Assembly (NCBI GenBank): GCA_041906505.1
Contig: JAYRJB010000007.1
Span: 18,964 to 82,963, forward strand
DNA: 64,000 bases
DNA from: Candidatus Saccharimonadales bacterium
GTDB taxonomy: Bacteria; Patescibacteriota; Saccharimonadia; Saccharimonadales; 2-12-FULL-41-12
Reading direction: 5' to 3'
In this document: positions 37,273-47,683 of the stretch, one piece after another
Position numbering within the stretch: position 1 is the first letter of the stretch
How the letters are laid out: each line of letters opens with the position of its first letter
Position numbers and translations under genes: made by a program
The notes under the pieces: model-generated
The model's database searches: none
What the model was told of the DNA's origin: nothing
What the model saw: the letters and a program-made list of their open reading frames with translations, nothing else

Positions 37273-39257
37273 AGCTTTACTGCCCTCCTTGCCCTTTTTT
37301 GCTCAATTTTCTTTATGTCGGCTGCCGGTATCACGTACTCGGTATTTTCATCGTTTGAACGAATAATAAAGCTCACAATAACGCCGAGAAGCGATAATGC
37401 GGCAAGCCAAGGAATATGCCAAATTGCTGCAAACCCAAACAAAAAGGCAAAGCTAGCAATTATTATTCCAAAGCCAGTGTTCTTTGGCAGCGCAATATCT
37501 TGGTATGTTTGGTTTGCTGGCGAGTGTGCATGAGCCTTTTTAGCAACCCAAAATGCATCTCTTTCATGAACTACTGGCAAGTGTGCAAAGTTGTAGACTG
37601 GCGCGGGGGATGACGTCGACCACTCAAGAGTTCGGCCATCCCAGGGATCGCCGGTTGTGTCTCGGTTGTTATTCCGATCCTTTATACTCACGACAAATTG
37701 CAAAATCTGCATAACCACACCCAAACCAATAATTAGCGCACCGACCCCGGCAACAATAAATAATGACTGCCAACCCATTGATGCGTCATAGTGATCAAGC
37801 CGCCTGGTTGCCCCCATAAATCCAAGTGCATATAGTGGCAAAAACGCGGTTGCAAAACCAATGATCCAGCACCAAAACGCATACCGACCAAGTCTTTCGT
37901 TAAGCTTAAATCCAAAAACTTTCGGAAACCAGTAAGAAATGCCGGCAAAGTACCCAAACACCACACCGCCAATAACCATGTTATGAAAATGAGCAACTAA
38001 AAACAGACTGTTATGAAGCTGGAAATCTGCGGGTGGCACCGACATCATTACCCCCGTAACTCCGCCAATAGTAAATGTAACCACAAAACCCATAAACCAT
38101 AGCATTGGGGTGTTAAACCTAATTCTGCCCCGATACATTGTAAACAACCAGTTAAATACTTTTACCCCAGTAGGTATGGCAATCACCATGGTCATAATTC
38201 CAAAGAAGGCATTTACGTTTGCGCCAGCGCCCATGGTAAAGAAGTGGTGCAACCATACCACATACGACAAAATAGCTATTGCTCCAATTGCCCATACCAT
38301 CGACTTATAGCCAAAAAGTCGCTTTCCAGAAAACGTAGCAACGACCTCTGAAAAAATACCAAATGCTGGGAGAATTAGAATATATACTTCTGGATGGCCC
38401 CACGCCCAGATTAGATTGACATACATCATCGGGTTGCCACCAAAGTCTGAAGTAAAAAAGTGCATACCAAATGTTCTATCAAGCGCCAAGAGGGCTAACG
38501 ACACCGTTAAGATTGGAAAGGCAAAAATAACAAGCGACATGCTCCCGAGTACGCTCCAACAAAACACGGGCATCTTCATGAGCGACATCCCCTTGGTGCG
38601 CATTTTTAGAATCGTCACTAAGAAGTTGACCCCCGAGAGCAAGCTGCCTATTCCAGCGATCTGCACGCTCCAGATCCAATAGTCAACGCCTGGGCCAGGA
38701 CTATAGGCCAACCCCGAAAGTGGTGGATACGCCAGCCAGCCGGTAGCTGCAAATTCGCCACCTACCGCCAGTGAAATATTTATCAACACCGCCCCCGCCA
38801 CATAGAGCCAAAAGCTGACGGAATTCAAAAATGGAAACGCAACATCCCGTGCGCCAATCTGAAGCGGGACTATGAGATTAATCAGTCCGAACATAAGCCC
38901 CATGGCCACAAAAAATATCATTATGGTCCCATGTGCGGTAAACACCTGCTGAAAAGTGTCAGATGAAATGATTCCACTCGAGTCTCCCACCGAAGTTGCT
39001 TGCTGGATTCTCATCATCAGAGCATCAGCTGCACCGCGAAGCAACATCGCAATCGCAACAATAATATACATAACACCTATGCGTTTTGGGTCAAGCGACG
39101 TAAGCCACTCCTTCCAGAGCCACTTCCATTTTCTGAAATACGTAAGCGCTGCTGCTGCTCCAAGCACCGTCGCTACCATGGAAACTGTCGCTCCAACCAA
39201 CAGTTTGTCATCTAGAGGAAAAACGCTGGAGGCGGCGAAGAGCTGCAAAAAATTCAT
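37269..39257 (-). CDS. cyoB: Heme-copper quinol oxidase subunit I
   Basis: [17 protein letters not shown], and HHMF-like GHHFFTMG with His ligands. 662 aa. Confidence 0.9.
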   Translation of the reverse strand: MNFLQLFAASSVFPLDDKLLVGATVSMVATVLGAAAALTYFRKWKWLWKEWLTSLDPKRIGVMYIIVAIAMLLRGAADALMMRIQQATSVGDSSGIISSDTFQQVFTAHGTIMIFFVAMGLMFGLINLIVPLQIGARDVAFPFLNSVSFWLYVAGAVLINISLAVGGEFAATGWLAYPPLSGLAYSPGPGVDYWIWSVQIAGIGSLLSGVNFLVTILKMRTKGMSLMKMPVFCWSVLGSMSLVIFAFPILTVSLALLALDRTFGMHFFTSDFGGNPMMYVNLIWAWGHPEVYILILPAFGIFSEVVATFSGKRLFGYKSMVWAIGAIAILSYVVWLHHFFTMGAGANVNAFFGIMTMVIAIPTGVKVFNWLFTMYRGRIRFNTPMLWFMGFVVTFTIGGVTGVMMSVPPADFQLHNSLFLVAHFHNMVIGGVVFGYFAGISYWFPKVFGFKLNERLGRYAFWCWIIGFATAFLPLYALGFMGATRRLDHYDASMGWQSLFIVAGVGALIIGLGVVMQILQFVVSIKDRNNNRDTTGDPWDGRTLEWSTSSPAPVYNFAHLPVVHERDAFWVAKKAHAHSPANQTYQDIALPKNTGFGIIIASFAFLFGFAAIWHIPWLAALSLLGVIVSFIIRSNDENTEYVIPAADIKKIEQKRARRAVKL

Positions 39258-40177
39258 CTCATCATCTCCGAATAGTGCGTTTTTCGTTCGTCATTCGGAC
39301 TATCAAGAAACGAGGGGGGTGATAAGAATTTCATTACTACTTGGTCATACAAGCCCGACTCGCTCGAAGCAAAATACATTTGTGGCACGTTCTTGCTTGG
39401 GGTCGACAATTCTTTGTACATATCTTTGTCTAAAACATTACCCAATTCCCTCACCGAGCCAACCCACTGGTCGAAATCATCTTGTGGCACCGATTCGGCA
39501 ACAAACTTCATTCCAGAAAATCCCTCGCCGCTAATATTTGCTGACGAGCCGGCAAAAGAGCCAGTTTCTGATGCCCGGAGACTCAAGCGAGTTGACATAC
39601 CGCTCATCGCATATATCTGTCCACTCAACTGAGGAATCCAGAAAGAATTCATCGGCGCATCAGCAGTTATTTCAAAATCTATCGGCCTATCTTTTGGAAT
39701 TTGCACATAATTAACCGTTGCAATATTTTCTTCTGGATAGATGAAAAGCCATTTCCACTGCAGCGCTACAACCTGCACCTTCATTGCTGCCTTATCAGAC
39801 TCGAGGGGCTTAAAAGGATCCAGGTTGTGCGTACTATTCCATGTAACAATCGACAAAATAAATATTAGCAGGATTGGCACACCCCACCACACCGCTTCCA
39901 ATGTTCGATTTCCGTCCCACTCGGGGGTGTATCGTGCGGTGTGGTTCGACGCCCGAAACTTCCAGATAATATAAAAGAACAAGGTAAATACTGGAATAAC
40001 TACTACCAATGAAAGGCCGGCCGCAAATAAAATTAGGTTGCGCTCTTTTTCGGCAATTTCTCCGCGCGTCTCTAGCAATGGAATGCTGTGTTTCTGAGAA
40101 AGAAACACTATTAGACCCACCAAACAGACAACGTAAAGCAGTGCGACTCCAACTCCAAAAAACTTTCTCATACACAC
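39254..40177 (-). CDS. cyoA: Quinol oxidase subunit II (no CuA cysteine ligands)
   Basis: Two N-terminal TM helices plus a cupredoxin-like domain lacking the CxxxC CuA motif. This argues for a quinol oxidase rather than a cytochrome c oxidase. Confidence 0.8.
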   Translation of the reverse strand: MCMRKFFGVGVALLYVVCLVGLIVFLSQKHSIPLLETRGEIAEKERNLILFAAGLSLVVVIPVFTLFFYIIWKFRASNHTARYTPEWDGNRTLEAVWWGVPILLIFILSIVTWNSTHNLDPFKPLESDKAAMKVQVVALQWKWLFIYPEENIATVNYVQIPKDRPIDFEITADAPMNSFWIPQLSGQIYAMSGMSTRLSLRASETGSFAGSSANISGEGFSGMKFVAESVPQDDFDQWVGSVRELGNVLDKDMYKELSTPSKNVPQMYFASSESGLYDQVVMKFLSPPSFLDSPNDERKTHYSEMMR

Positions 40178-40336
40178 ATACCGCTAACAATAAGCATCTT
40201 GCCTATTACTATACCAGTCTGGAGCTAAAATAATTAACAATATGCGTCACCGACAAAAAGCTATTGACACCAAGAGGCGGTGCCTTGCTCGCCATATGAT
40301 AGTAAAATTGCTAAAATTACGTAGTCTCTTGCCGTT

Positions 40337-40414
40337 TGGCGGGTGTAGCTCAGTTGGTTAGAGCGCCGGGTTGTGGTTCCGGAGGCCGTGGGTTCAATTC
40401 CCATCACTCGCCCC
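40337..40414 (+). tRNA. tRNA-His (anticodon GUG) with genomically encoded G-1
   Basis: G(-1) followed by GCGGGTG. Anticodon stem CCGGG/TCCGG with loop TTGTGGT. T-arm GTGGG-TTCAATT-CCCAT. CACTCGC-C-CCA (G-1 pairs with C73). Confidence 0.85.
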
Positions 40415-40442
40415 AAGGTCAATTTTTTAAGGATTGGCTTTT

Positions 40443-41090
40443 TTAGTTTGGAAGCCCACTCAACAAAACAAGCACTGCCAGCGGGATGGTTATATTGTCT
40501 GTTCCGTACCAGGAAATGTTTTCTAATAACGTCAGCGCAACCGGCGCAAAGCCGAGCAACCAAAACGAAGATGGTAAGTTAAGTGGTTCGACAAACAGTA
40601 GAAGCGACAGCATTATCGAAAAAGAAACAAGATAAAAACTAAGCGAGCCAATTAGAGACTTCCCATGACTCAATATTTTGTAGTGCGACGATTTGCCCCA
40701 TCTTAATCCAACATACGCCGCGGCGGAATCGGCAACCGCAAGGTGAAGAATTGCGGCCGTGAACATCCATGCCGGTGGCTCAATGAACGCACACACCGCA
40801 ATCGCAACTGGATATAATATCTCCCCCCTCGTTATGCGCTTTACACTGTGAATTGATTGAAAAACATGAAGCTTATATGACAGTACTATTACCGCTAGAA
40901 AAGCTATGCTCAGAAGTTGAATATACGTCCAGTTAATAAACAAGGGCCAAAATGCAACATAGACACCTGTTGTTGTGTGAATAATTTTTCGGCTGGTCTC
41001 TACTTGAAGTTTTTTTGCCTCCCACAATCGATCCACCACAACCAGCAATATCCATATTGGCAAAATTGCCAGCAAAAGTTGCACTATCAT
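40443..41090 (-). CDS. CTP-dependent polyprenol/dolichol-kinase-like membrane protein (CTP_transf_1 superfamily, non-CdsA)
   Basis: SRKIIHTTTG N-terminal motif and C-terminal VADSAAAYVGLRWGKSSHYKILSHGKSLIGSLSF match the VTE5/DolK pattern (RKxxH; DxxAxxxGxxxG...KSxEGS). The CdsA PGHGG..DR motif is absent. Confidence 0.5.
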   Translation of the reverse strand: MIVQLLLAILPIWILLVVVDRLWEAKKLQVETSRKIIHTTTGVYVAFWPLFINWTYIQLLSIAFLAVIVLSYKLHVFQSIHSVKRITRGEILYPVAIAVCAFIEPPAWMFTAAILHLAVADSAAAYVGLRWGKSSHYKILSHGKSLIGSLSFYLVSFSIMLSLLLFVEPLNLPSSFWLLGFAPVALTLLENISWYGTDNITIPLAVLVLLSGLPN

Positions 41091-41875
41091 AATGGTTTCT
41101 TTTGAGGCAGCGGAACAAAAACGCTCGTTTTTCTTTTGTAGGCTTGATAACTGGGATCATTCTGGTATCTTTTTTCGAGCATTGGCACACCAGACACAAA
41201 TAGAATGAGACAGGTGATCGTCAGCGGCCCAATGATTGACCACCATACTGGATTAATACTCATGCTTAGAATCCAAACTCCCCACCAAAGTAGCACCTCG
41301 CCAAAATAATTTGGGTGTCTCGAATACTTCCACAATCCTTGATCCATCACTTGATTAGCTTTTTTACGAGTCTTCAGAAAATTCCGAAGTTGTCGGTCGG
41401 CAAATATCTCAATGATAAATCCGCTCAGCCAGGTCGCAAACCCAAGCGTAAGCCACAAATCAGAATTGAATACAGTAGGGCTTGTCGCGACTGCAATAAT
41501 TGGAAGTGACACGAGCAGCAACAAAAATCCTTGCAGCATAAACACTTTCAAAAATGCGTTTAGCGCAATCGAACCTTTCCACTTTTTTCTTAACTCAACA
41601 TATCTCTTGTCTTCTTTTTTTGACCAATTTCGCTTAAAGATATGATAGCTAAGCCGAAGACCCCATGTTGTCACCATTGCAGTCACAAGTACCTGCGCAT
41701 AGTAACTTTCTCCCCAATTCGCAAATAGCTGGGACCATGCAACTACTATAAATCCTCCGCCCCAAGCAATGTCGGCGAGATCAAACTTTTTTCTGGAGAG
41801 CGCAACGACAAACCAGAAGCAAAAGTAGATAAGTGTTGCCAATAAGGCAATCAAAAAATAATCTCTTTCGCTCAT
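41087..41875 (-). CDS. DUF1295 / steroid-5-alpha-reductase-superfamily membrane protein (putative NADPH-dependent reductase)
   Basis: C-terminal WKYSRHPNYFGEVLLWWGVW is the signature of the DUF1295/SRD5A/ICMT clan. 4-nt overlaps with both neighbouring genes. Confidence 0.6.
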   Translation of the reverse strand: MSERDYFLIALLATLIYFCFWFVVALSRKKFDLADIAWGGGFIVVAWSQLFANWGESYYAQVLVTAMVTTWGLRLSYHIFKRNWSKKEDKRYVELRKKWKGSIALNAFLKVFMLQGFLLLLVSLPIIAVATSPTVFNSDLWLTLGFATWLSGFIIEIFADRQLRNFLKTRKKANQVMDQGLWKYSRHPNYFGEVLLWWGVWILSMSINPVWWSIIGPLTITCLILFVSGVPMLEKRYQNDPSYQAYKRKTSVFVPLPQKKPL

Positions 41876-42246
41876 TCACCTATCACCATTTTGGTTACTG
41901 ACGCGGTTATGGCGGCAATGGTCACCCCCCACGCCATATCGACAATGGTTACAGTCTTTGGCCACTTTTCGAGGGTCGCTTGGTTCGTAAGGTCATAGGT
42001 CGCATATGTCACGAGGCCAAAAAACGCACCCATGATTAGGGCCTCTCCCGTGGTTTCGGCCGGCCGAATGACAAACACCACGAGACCTGCGAGAAAAATT
42101 ACATAAAACAGAACAGCAGCAACCCAGTTGGGCTTTTTAGCCATGATGAAACCAAGTTGTTTTTTGTAAAACTTTCGGGCAACAGCGCCAAGCCAAACTG
42201 CATCTAATGCACTAAAGACCAGCGCTGCAACAAGAAATTCGCTCAT
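41872..42246 (-). CDS. DUF2177-like small membrane protein
   Basis: 124-aa four-TM ORF translationally coupled within the operon. Confidence 0.4.
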   Translation of the reverse strand: MSEFLVAALVFSALDAVWLGAVARKFYKKQLGFIMAKKPNWVAAVLFYVIFLAGLVVFVIRPAETTGEALIMGAFFGLVTYATYDLTNQATLEKWPKTVTIVDMAWGVTIAAITASVTKMVIGE

Positions 42247-42899
42247 TCTTTTCTATCTCCTACAATGCTACTCTTTATGGCTACAAATGGTCTAATGAAC
42301 AGTTTTTCTGTAATGTTCGCGGCATTGTTAAGGAAATTGTAGCCCACCGCTGCCAACAAAATACCAAATGCAAGATTTGTACTAATAAAGCTAAGTGGTA
42401 TTGCAACTACTGCACAAACCATCGGGGTGAGAGTTCGTATTAGCGCGCCCTTTCTTTGCTCGGCGGTTCGTTCAATATGCTCAATGCTGTCGGCCTTTTC
42501 GACATATTCCCTCATGATCAATAGCGTAAGTCCGATACAAAACACATTCACCGCGTAGATAATTATTGCAAGCGGAGTATCATTGTATACGCCTAACATA
42601 TGGGTAGTAAACGGAACAACACCCACCAAAAAAAGAAATATCCCATTTAAGTTTAAAAGATTGATGTCAATATTTTTTGCCATGATTGTGATTACAAAAT
42701 TGTGTGCCCGCCAGTACACAAACAAGACAGCGAAACTAATGAAATAGCTCAAAAACAATGTCCATTCGTGGCGCAAGTAATCCCAAAGTGCATGATTAGT
42801 TGGTGTCGATAAAACCGGAAATTTTAGTTCTAAAACCAAAAGCGTCATAACGATCGCAAAAATTCCATCCGTCAGCGCGTGCAATCTATCGTGTTTCAC
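42243..42899 (-). CDS. TMEM175/DUF1211-family putative potassium channel
   Basis: RLHALTDGIFAIVMTLLVLEL matches the DUF1211 RxxxFSDGVFAIAITLLVLE helix-1 signature. Six TM. Confidence 0.7.
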   Translation of the reverse strand: MKHDRLHALTDGIFAIVMTLLVLELKFPVLSTPTNHALWDYLRHEWTLFLSYFISFAVLFVYWRAHNFVITIMAKNIDINLLNLNGIFLFLVGVVPFTTHMLGVYNDTPLAIIIYAVNVFCIGLTLLIMREYVEKADSIEHIERTAEQRKGALIRTLTPMVCAVVAIPLSFISTNLAFGILLAAVGYNFLNNAANITEKLFIRPFVAIKSSIVGDRKE

Positions 42900-42918
42900 T
42901 ATTGCTATGCATTATACC

Positions 42919-43902
42919 CTATGTGCGGGGCATTATTGTCGAAGATTCACCAGCACGAAATGATATTTTTAGCGCCGAATGATCCGTGACAAACCTCGAT
43001 AAAACCTGGGTCTTGTCTGCACCCAATTTTTCTTTTTCGGTGTACCCGCAATGATCAATTGGAAAATCTTTGCCGGTTGAGGTTGGTTTGGTGTTATAAC
43101 CAGTAATATAGCCAATGCGATTAAGTGCTGGTGCAATCTCTTCTGGGGAGGCGTTTGCATCCAAGCACACAATGGTGGGCCTTCCCTCTTCGGTGTCATC
43201 GCCAATGAACTCTACGAGCTCATCAAACTGTGCTCGTTTTACTGATGAGTTTCCTGATGGATGGCTAGTTATGATTCTAAGGTCTTTGTCCTCGGTTCCG
43301 TCGTAGTATTTTATTGTTAGGGCAACCGTGCTGCGGTTTGCTTGAATACCGCGTTTTGCTCTGTCGAAGTCAGTATCCGCATGGGCGATGTCCCCCGCTA
43401 GCCCGGTTACAAAACCGTACGCACTCTCGACAAGCGACGTTCCATCAATACGCGTTGAAGTAACAGACCTCGGTTTTTGCTGCGTGAGTATTGCATTTCC
43501 AAGACCACCCACAAGCAATCCGTCTTTTATGTCAGAATTTACGTAGGATATGTACCAGTTCGGAAGTGCCGCGTGTATGTCATCAACGTCGTCGGCTGCT
43601 ACTTCTTGCAGGGCAATGGCGTCGGGTTGATTTTGATCTATCATCTCTTTTAGATCTTCTGTTCTGCTTGCAGTTTCGTTGTGCATATTCCAGGTAATTA
43701 CATCAATATTTTGATCAATGGTTATGTGGTGCTGTTTATTGGGTTCGATTACTACTTTTTCCCCAGAATGTATTTGTTTATATTGCCAAGCGGCTCCTGT
43801 TATTACGCTGGCTGTTACTGCCAAGGCTCCGATTCTTTTTGCCACAGCGCTACGATTCCACCGAGACTCTTGGGCTGGTAGCAATTCTTTATTTTGCTCC
43901 AT
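42919..43902 (-). CDS. Endonuclease/exonuclease/phosphatase (EEP)-family protein with N-terminal membrane anchor/signal
   Basis: DVITWNMH...PDAIALQEV catalytic N-terminal motifs of the EEP fold. Hydrophobic N-terminus. Confidence 0.65.
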   Translation of the reverse strand: MEQNKELLPAQESRWNRSAVAKRIGALAVTASVITGAAWQYKQIHSGEKVVIEPNKQHHITIDQNIDVITWNMHNETASRTEDLKEMIDQNQPDAIALQEVAADDVDDIHAALPNWYISYVNSDIKDGLLVGGLGNAILTQQKPRSVTSTRIDGTSLVESAYGFVTGLAGDIAHADTDFDRAKRGIQANRSTVALTIKYYDGTEDKDLRIITSHPSGNSSVKRAQFDELVEFIGDDTEEGRPTIVCLDANASPEEIAPALNRIGYITGYNTKPTSTGKDFPIDHCGYTEKEKLGADKTQVLSRFVTDHSALKISFRAGESSTIMPRT

Positions 43903-43940
43903 TTTGTACTGATACTATCCACGCTTACAGCACATTAGTC

Positions 43941-43966
43941 AATAAAAAAGGCCCCTCAGCGGAGCC
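43941..43966 (-). terminator. Rho-independent terminator after tRNA-Pro
   Basis: Minus strand: GGCTCC-GCTGA-GGGGCC followed by TTTTTTATT. Confidence 0.6.
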
Positions 43967-43973
43967 AAATCTC

Positions 43974-44050
43974 TGGTCGGGGATAGAGGACTCGAACCTC
44001 CGACCTCGCGGTCCCAAACCGCGCGCGCTAGCCAACTGCGCCAATCCCCG
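43974..44050 (-). tRNA. tRNA-Pro (anticodon UGG), C1-G72 first pair
   Basis: CGGGGAT/ATCCCCG acceptor, anticodon stem CGCGG/CCGCG with loop TTTGGGA, T-arm GGAGG-TTCGAGT-CCTCT, A-CCA. Confidence 0.85.
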
Positions 44051-44091
44051 TTATCTTGTGCAACAGGGGCAGTATACGTCATTTCTATCTG

Positions 44092-44883
44092 TTATTCAAT
44101 GACTCTTTGGATGTGCTCTATTGTACGAGAGAGTCCTGTCGATTCATCAACGTCAATAACCACTGCATTAAATTGATAGGGTCCTTTGTCTTCAAGCTCG
44201 TTTTTGCTGGAATTTCCTGTCTTCCACCTATCAACAATTGTGCTAGTTTTTACGCCGAGGGATGAATGCAAACTGCCACACATACCAACATCAGTAATGT
44301 GGGCCGTCCCCTTTGGCAAAATCATTGCGTCTGCGGTTGGTACATGCCAATGGTCACCAATTACGGCACTCACTTTTCCGTCTAGGTAATAGCCAAATAC
44401 GCGCTTCTCGCTCGAAAAATCTCCATGAAAATTAACAATTCTAACTTTTACAGTAGAGCTGAGTTCCCCTAGAAGCTGGTCGATTTTATTGAGGGGGTTT
44501 GTAGTTTTAATTCGTTGTGCGCCTACGGTTTGACCCAAGATGCTCGCAACAAATACTTCTTGCCCCGCCGCCTTGACCACCTTAGAACCGCACCCCTCGT
44601 TGGTCTCGGTGTTTGCCGGTCGTGTAAGTGGAATGCCCGGATTGCTATGAAGCGACCGGGTTTCTTTGTTGCTAAAGCTATGATTCCCGCCTGTAAAAAA
44701 ATCTACTCCAACCTTTTGCATCTCATGAATATCTGCGGGGGTAGGACTTTTTCCGTGTGCGATATTTTCTGCCTGCGCGATGACAAAATCTATTCGCTGT
44801 TCCTTTTTTATGTCTGACAACACCGAAGATACAACCCGCTTTCCCGCGTCACCCATAATGTCGCCAATATAGAGAATCTTCAC
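44092..44883 (-). CDS. ymdB: YmdB-family metallophosphoesterase (2',3'-cyclic-nucleotide phosphodiesterase)
   Basis: MKILYIGDIMG...GK and downstream GNH metallophosphoesterase motifs. Conserved partner downstream of rny. Confidence 0.8.
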   Translation of the reverse strand: MKILYIGDIMGDAGKRVVSSVLSDIKKEQRIDFVIAQAENIAHGKSPTPADIHEMQKVGVDFFTGGNHSFSNKETRSLHSNPGIPLTRPANTETNEGCGSKVVKAAGQEVFVASILGQTVGAQRIKTTNPLNKIDQLLGELSSTVKVRIVNFHGDFSSEKRVFGYYLDGKVSAVIGDHWHVPTADAMILPKGTAHITDVGMCGSLHSSLGVKTSTIVDRWKTGNSSKNELEDKGPYQFNAVVIDVDESTGLSRTIEHIQRVIE

Positions 44884-45435
44884 CTAAAGAACTTTTTCAT
44901 CGATTATTGTGAGCAACTCTGGAAATGAGTCAAATTGGGGATCTAATCTTTTTGAAAAGTGCTGTTTACCAGGCATAAGAATAAACTGTGCCCCAAGCTT
45001 TTCAGCGATCCATTTTGCGCCCTCAACAGGACAATGCGGATCATTATCTGAATGAATCACAAAAAATTGTTTGGCCTTGGATTTTATTTTTTCATAATCA
45101 AATGGCACATCAACTCCATGAAGCGCATCCCACCCAAGATCTCCCCTAAATGTTCCGACCAAAATTGCCGTATTGATCGTGACACCTTCGGGAAGGGCTT
45201 GAAGCAGGCCGTTGATTGCAACAGAACCCGCCGAATGCCCAATAATGACAGCATTGTCAAAGTCATAGCCGCTGGCAAGCAGGAATGCGTTATATCTTGC
45301 TATGTCGGGTTGGGCGGCTCCAGGGAGGTCCGGCACCCAGACTTCGTGTCCCCTTGCTTCCAATTGCGTTTTGAGCCACGGGAACCAATTGCTCTCATGG
45401 GTAGCTGACGTGCCATGCAAAATAACAAACTTCAT
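44884..45435 (-). CDS. RBBP9/YdeN-family alpha/beta serine hydrolase
   Basis: 183 aa. ILHG...W...GHSAGS nucleophile elbow. Confidence 0.7.
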   Translation of the reverse strand: MKFVILHGTSATHESNWFPWLKTQLEARGHEVWVPDLPGAAQPDIARYNAFLLASGYDFDNAVIIGHSAGSVAINGLLQALPEGVTINTAILVGTFRGDLGWDALHGVDVPFDYEKIKSKAKQFFVIHSDNDPHCPVEGAKWIAEKLGAQFILMPGKQHFSKRLDPQFDSFPELLTIIDEKVL

Positions 45436-45525
45436 ACACCTAGTCTATCCGATAGAAATGTGTGCTCGCCAATTTTTTAAACGGATCCCATATTTGTTTG
45501 GCTTTCTGTATGAGTCCACCGCCGT

Positions 45526-47040
45526 TTATTTGGCAAATTCTATGGCTCGAGTCTCTCTGATCACGTTTACTTTTATGGTTCCCGGGTATTGCATGGTTGA
45601 CTCAATTTTGGTTGCAACATCTCGCGCAAGCTTAATAGAACCGAGATCGTCTAGGTCTGTTGGTTTGACGAACACCCGAACTTCGCGCCCGGCACTGATT
45701 GCGTACGCCTTTTCGACACCCTTAAATCCAGTGGCAACGTTCTCAAGATCACGCATGCGCTCTGCAAAATTCTCAGCCGAGACATTTCGGGCGCCCGGTC
45801 GTGCGGCACTTATCGCATCCACAACTCTTACTACGAGCGCTTCTGGGGTTGTCGCATCCATGTCGTCGTGATGAGCTTCGGCAGCATGAGCAACATTTTC
45901 TGGCACACCATATTTTCGCGCAATTTCACCAGTGATGTGGTGATGCTTCCCTTCCATCTTATGAGTAAGCGCTTTACCCATGTCATGGATGAGAGCCGCG
46001 TACTTTGCAACCTTTACGTCCGCACCGATCTGATCAGCAAGTACACCAGCAAGATTTGCCATTTCGGTGCTGTGCTTTAATACATTTTGCCCGTAACTCG
46101 TCCGAAACTTCAGCTCCCCAAGATACTGTAGGATTTCTTTCGGAATCCCAATAATGCCGACTTCTCTGGCTGCATCTTCTGCAGTCCGCATCACGTCTTT
46201 TTGCACTTGTTTTTGAGCCTTATCAACGACCTCCTCAATCCGACCAGGATGTACGCGCCCGTCTTTTAGAAGCATCTCGAGCGCAACCCGAGCAACTTCT
46301 CTTCGAACTGGGTCAAATGAGCTTAGGATTATCATCCCAGGCGTATCGTCGACCATGATGTCGACGCCTGTTGCCCGTTGTAGCGCCTGGATATTCCTTC
46401 CCTCTTTGCCGATAATTCGGCCTTTCATTTCTTCGTCCTCAAGCTTTACGGCTGTTACTGTACGCTCTGCGGTAACTTCGCTCGCCATTCGCTCCATAGT
46501 CTCAATAAGAATCGCCCCGGCCTTTTCCTCGGCCAGGTCACGAGTTTCGTTTTGAATTTTGGTGACAAGCCCAATAAGATCTTGTCGAATATCACGCTCG
46601 GTCATGGTCATCAGCTTCTCGGCAGCATCAGCCTTGGTAAGCTTGGCAATTTTTTCTAGCTTTTCCTGCTGCTTGCCTCGTATGTCTCGAATCTCGTTTT
46701 TGAGAGCCTCTACTTCGTCCTCACCTTTTCGAAGTTGTTCGCTTCGCTTGTCAAGATTGTCGAGCTTTTTATCAAGAGCTTCTTCCCTAGAAAGCAGTCG
46801 AGATTCAATATCTTTAAATTCGTTGCGTCGGGATTTTTCCTCTTTGCGAGCGTCTTCGGCAATCTTTAGCGCTTCTTCTCGCGCTTCGGCAATTTGCTTT
46901 TCGGCTTCTTTTTTAGCTTTTTTTAATTCTTTTTCTATCTGTTGTTCGGCAGTTCCTAGCTTGCGCTTCGTTTGCACAGTGCTCGCCCCGTATCCCACAC
47001 CCAAGCCAGCCAACGCTAAGACGATGGTAATTGGTTCCAT
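45526..47040 (-). CDS. rny: Ribonuclease Y
   Basis: N-terminal TM, long coiled-coil, KH domain (GRIIGKEGRNIQAL), HD domain (HDMGK). Confidence 0.9.
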   Translation of the reverse strand: MEPITIVLALAGLGVGYGASTVQTKRKLGTAEQQIEKELKKAKKEAEKQIAEAREEALKIAEDARKEEKSRRNEFKDIESRLLSREEALDKKLDNLDKRSEQLRKGEDEVEALKNEIRDIRGKQQEKLEKIAKLTKADAAEKLMTMTERDIRQDLIGLVTKIQNETRDLAEEKAGAILIETMERMASEVTAERTVTAVKLEDEEMKGRIIGKEGRNIQALQRATGVDIMVDDTPGMIILSSFDPVRREVARVALEMLLKDGRVHPGRIEEVVDKAQKQVQKDVMRTAEDAAREVGIIGIPKEILQYLGELKFRTSYGQNVLKHSTEMANLAGVLADQIGADVKVAKYAALIHDMGKALTHKMEGKHHHITGEIARKYGVPENVAHAAEAHHDDMDATTPEALVVRVVDAISAARPGARNVSAENFAERMRDLENVATGFKGVEKAYAISAGREVRVFVKPTDLDDLGSIKLARDVATKIESTMQYPGTIKVNVIRETRAIEFAK

Positions 47041-47293
47041 GTATTTTCCCTTCTCACTCGCGAAACGAGGAGCTCGCCATTTTTATTGTAAGCACTCTAT
47101 CGCACGATCACTATCACTTCTTTAGTGCGAACGTAATTGGCCTAAGTATTTCTAATGCGAGGCACTCCTCGGAGTAAATTGTAATTACGTTAGTTAAATA
47201 TTGTTCAAATAAGCCAGCATAAGAAAGCTAGAATGCATGTCTCACCGACTTGCTTATAACTATACTGTGCTTCGATTACCTGGCGCAAGCAAA

Positions 47294-47683
47294 TTATTTC
47301 GTCGGTGCTGTGGTTTTGGGCGCCGCACCATAATTGGGTACCGCAACATCATTCTGGCCGTTTTGCAGCGCCAATAAACCGCTTGTTATCCATTTGTCGC
47401 CATCGGCTTGGACTAGTCTTATTCCTAGACTTGTCGCCAGAGAATTTGCGACTGTCGCTCCAATGCGAAGACCGGTAAAACTTCCTGGCCCTCCATAATA
47501 AACAATCGCGTCAATGTCCCCCCAATCGAACCCACATTTACCAAGCAGTTCTTTTATCGACGTATGTATGCTTACACTCAGTTGTTTGTGAGCTAACCAT
47601 TGCTTCCTTGCCTGCTCTTTACCATCCTTATAAAGTGCAATATCCGCCTCTGGCCTATCTGTTCGAATGCCTAGGACTATCAT
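47294..47683 (-). CDS. tsaB: tRNA t6A biosynthesis protein TsaB (truncated, N-terminal domain only)
   Basis: MIVLGIRTD...DIDAIVYYGGPGSFTGLRIG. 129 aa versus about 230 aa for the typical form. Confidence 0.75.
   Translation of the reverse strand: MIVLGIRTDRPEADIALYKDGKEQARKQWLAHKQLSVSIHTSIKELLGKCGFDWGDIDAIVYYGGPGSFTGLRIGATVANSLATSLGIRLVQADGDKWITSGLLALQNGQNDVAVPNYGAAPKTTAPTK

Noticed and set aside
40261-40563. 100-aa minus-strand ORF
   Set aside because: It overlaps tRNA-His and the 3' end of the polyprenol-kinase-like gene. This is a tRNA read-through artefact.
46355-47125. Plus-strand Ser-rich ORFs inside rny
   Set aside because: They are antisense to the RNase Y coiled-coil region, a compositional artefact.
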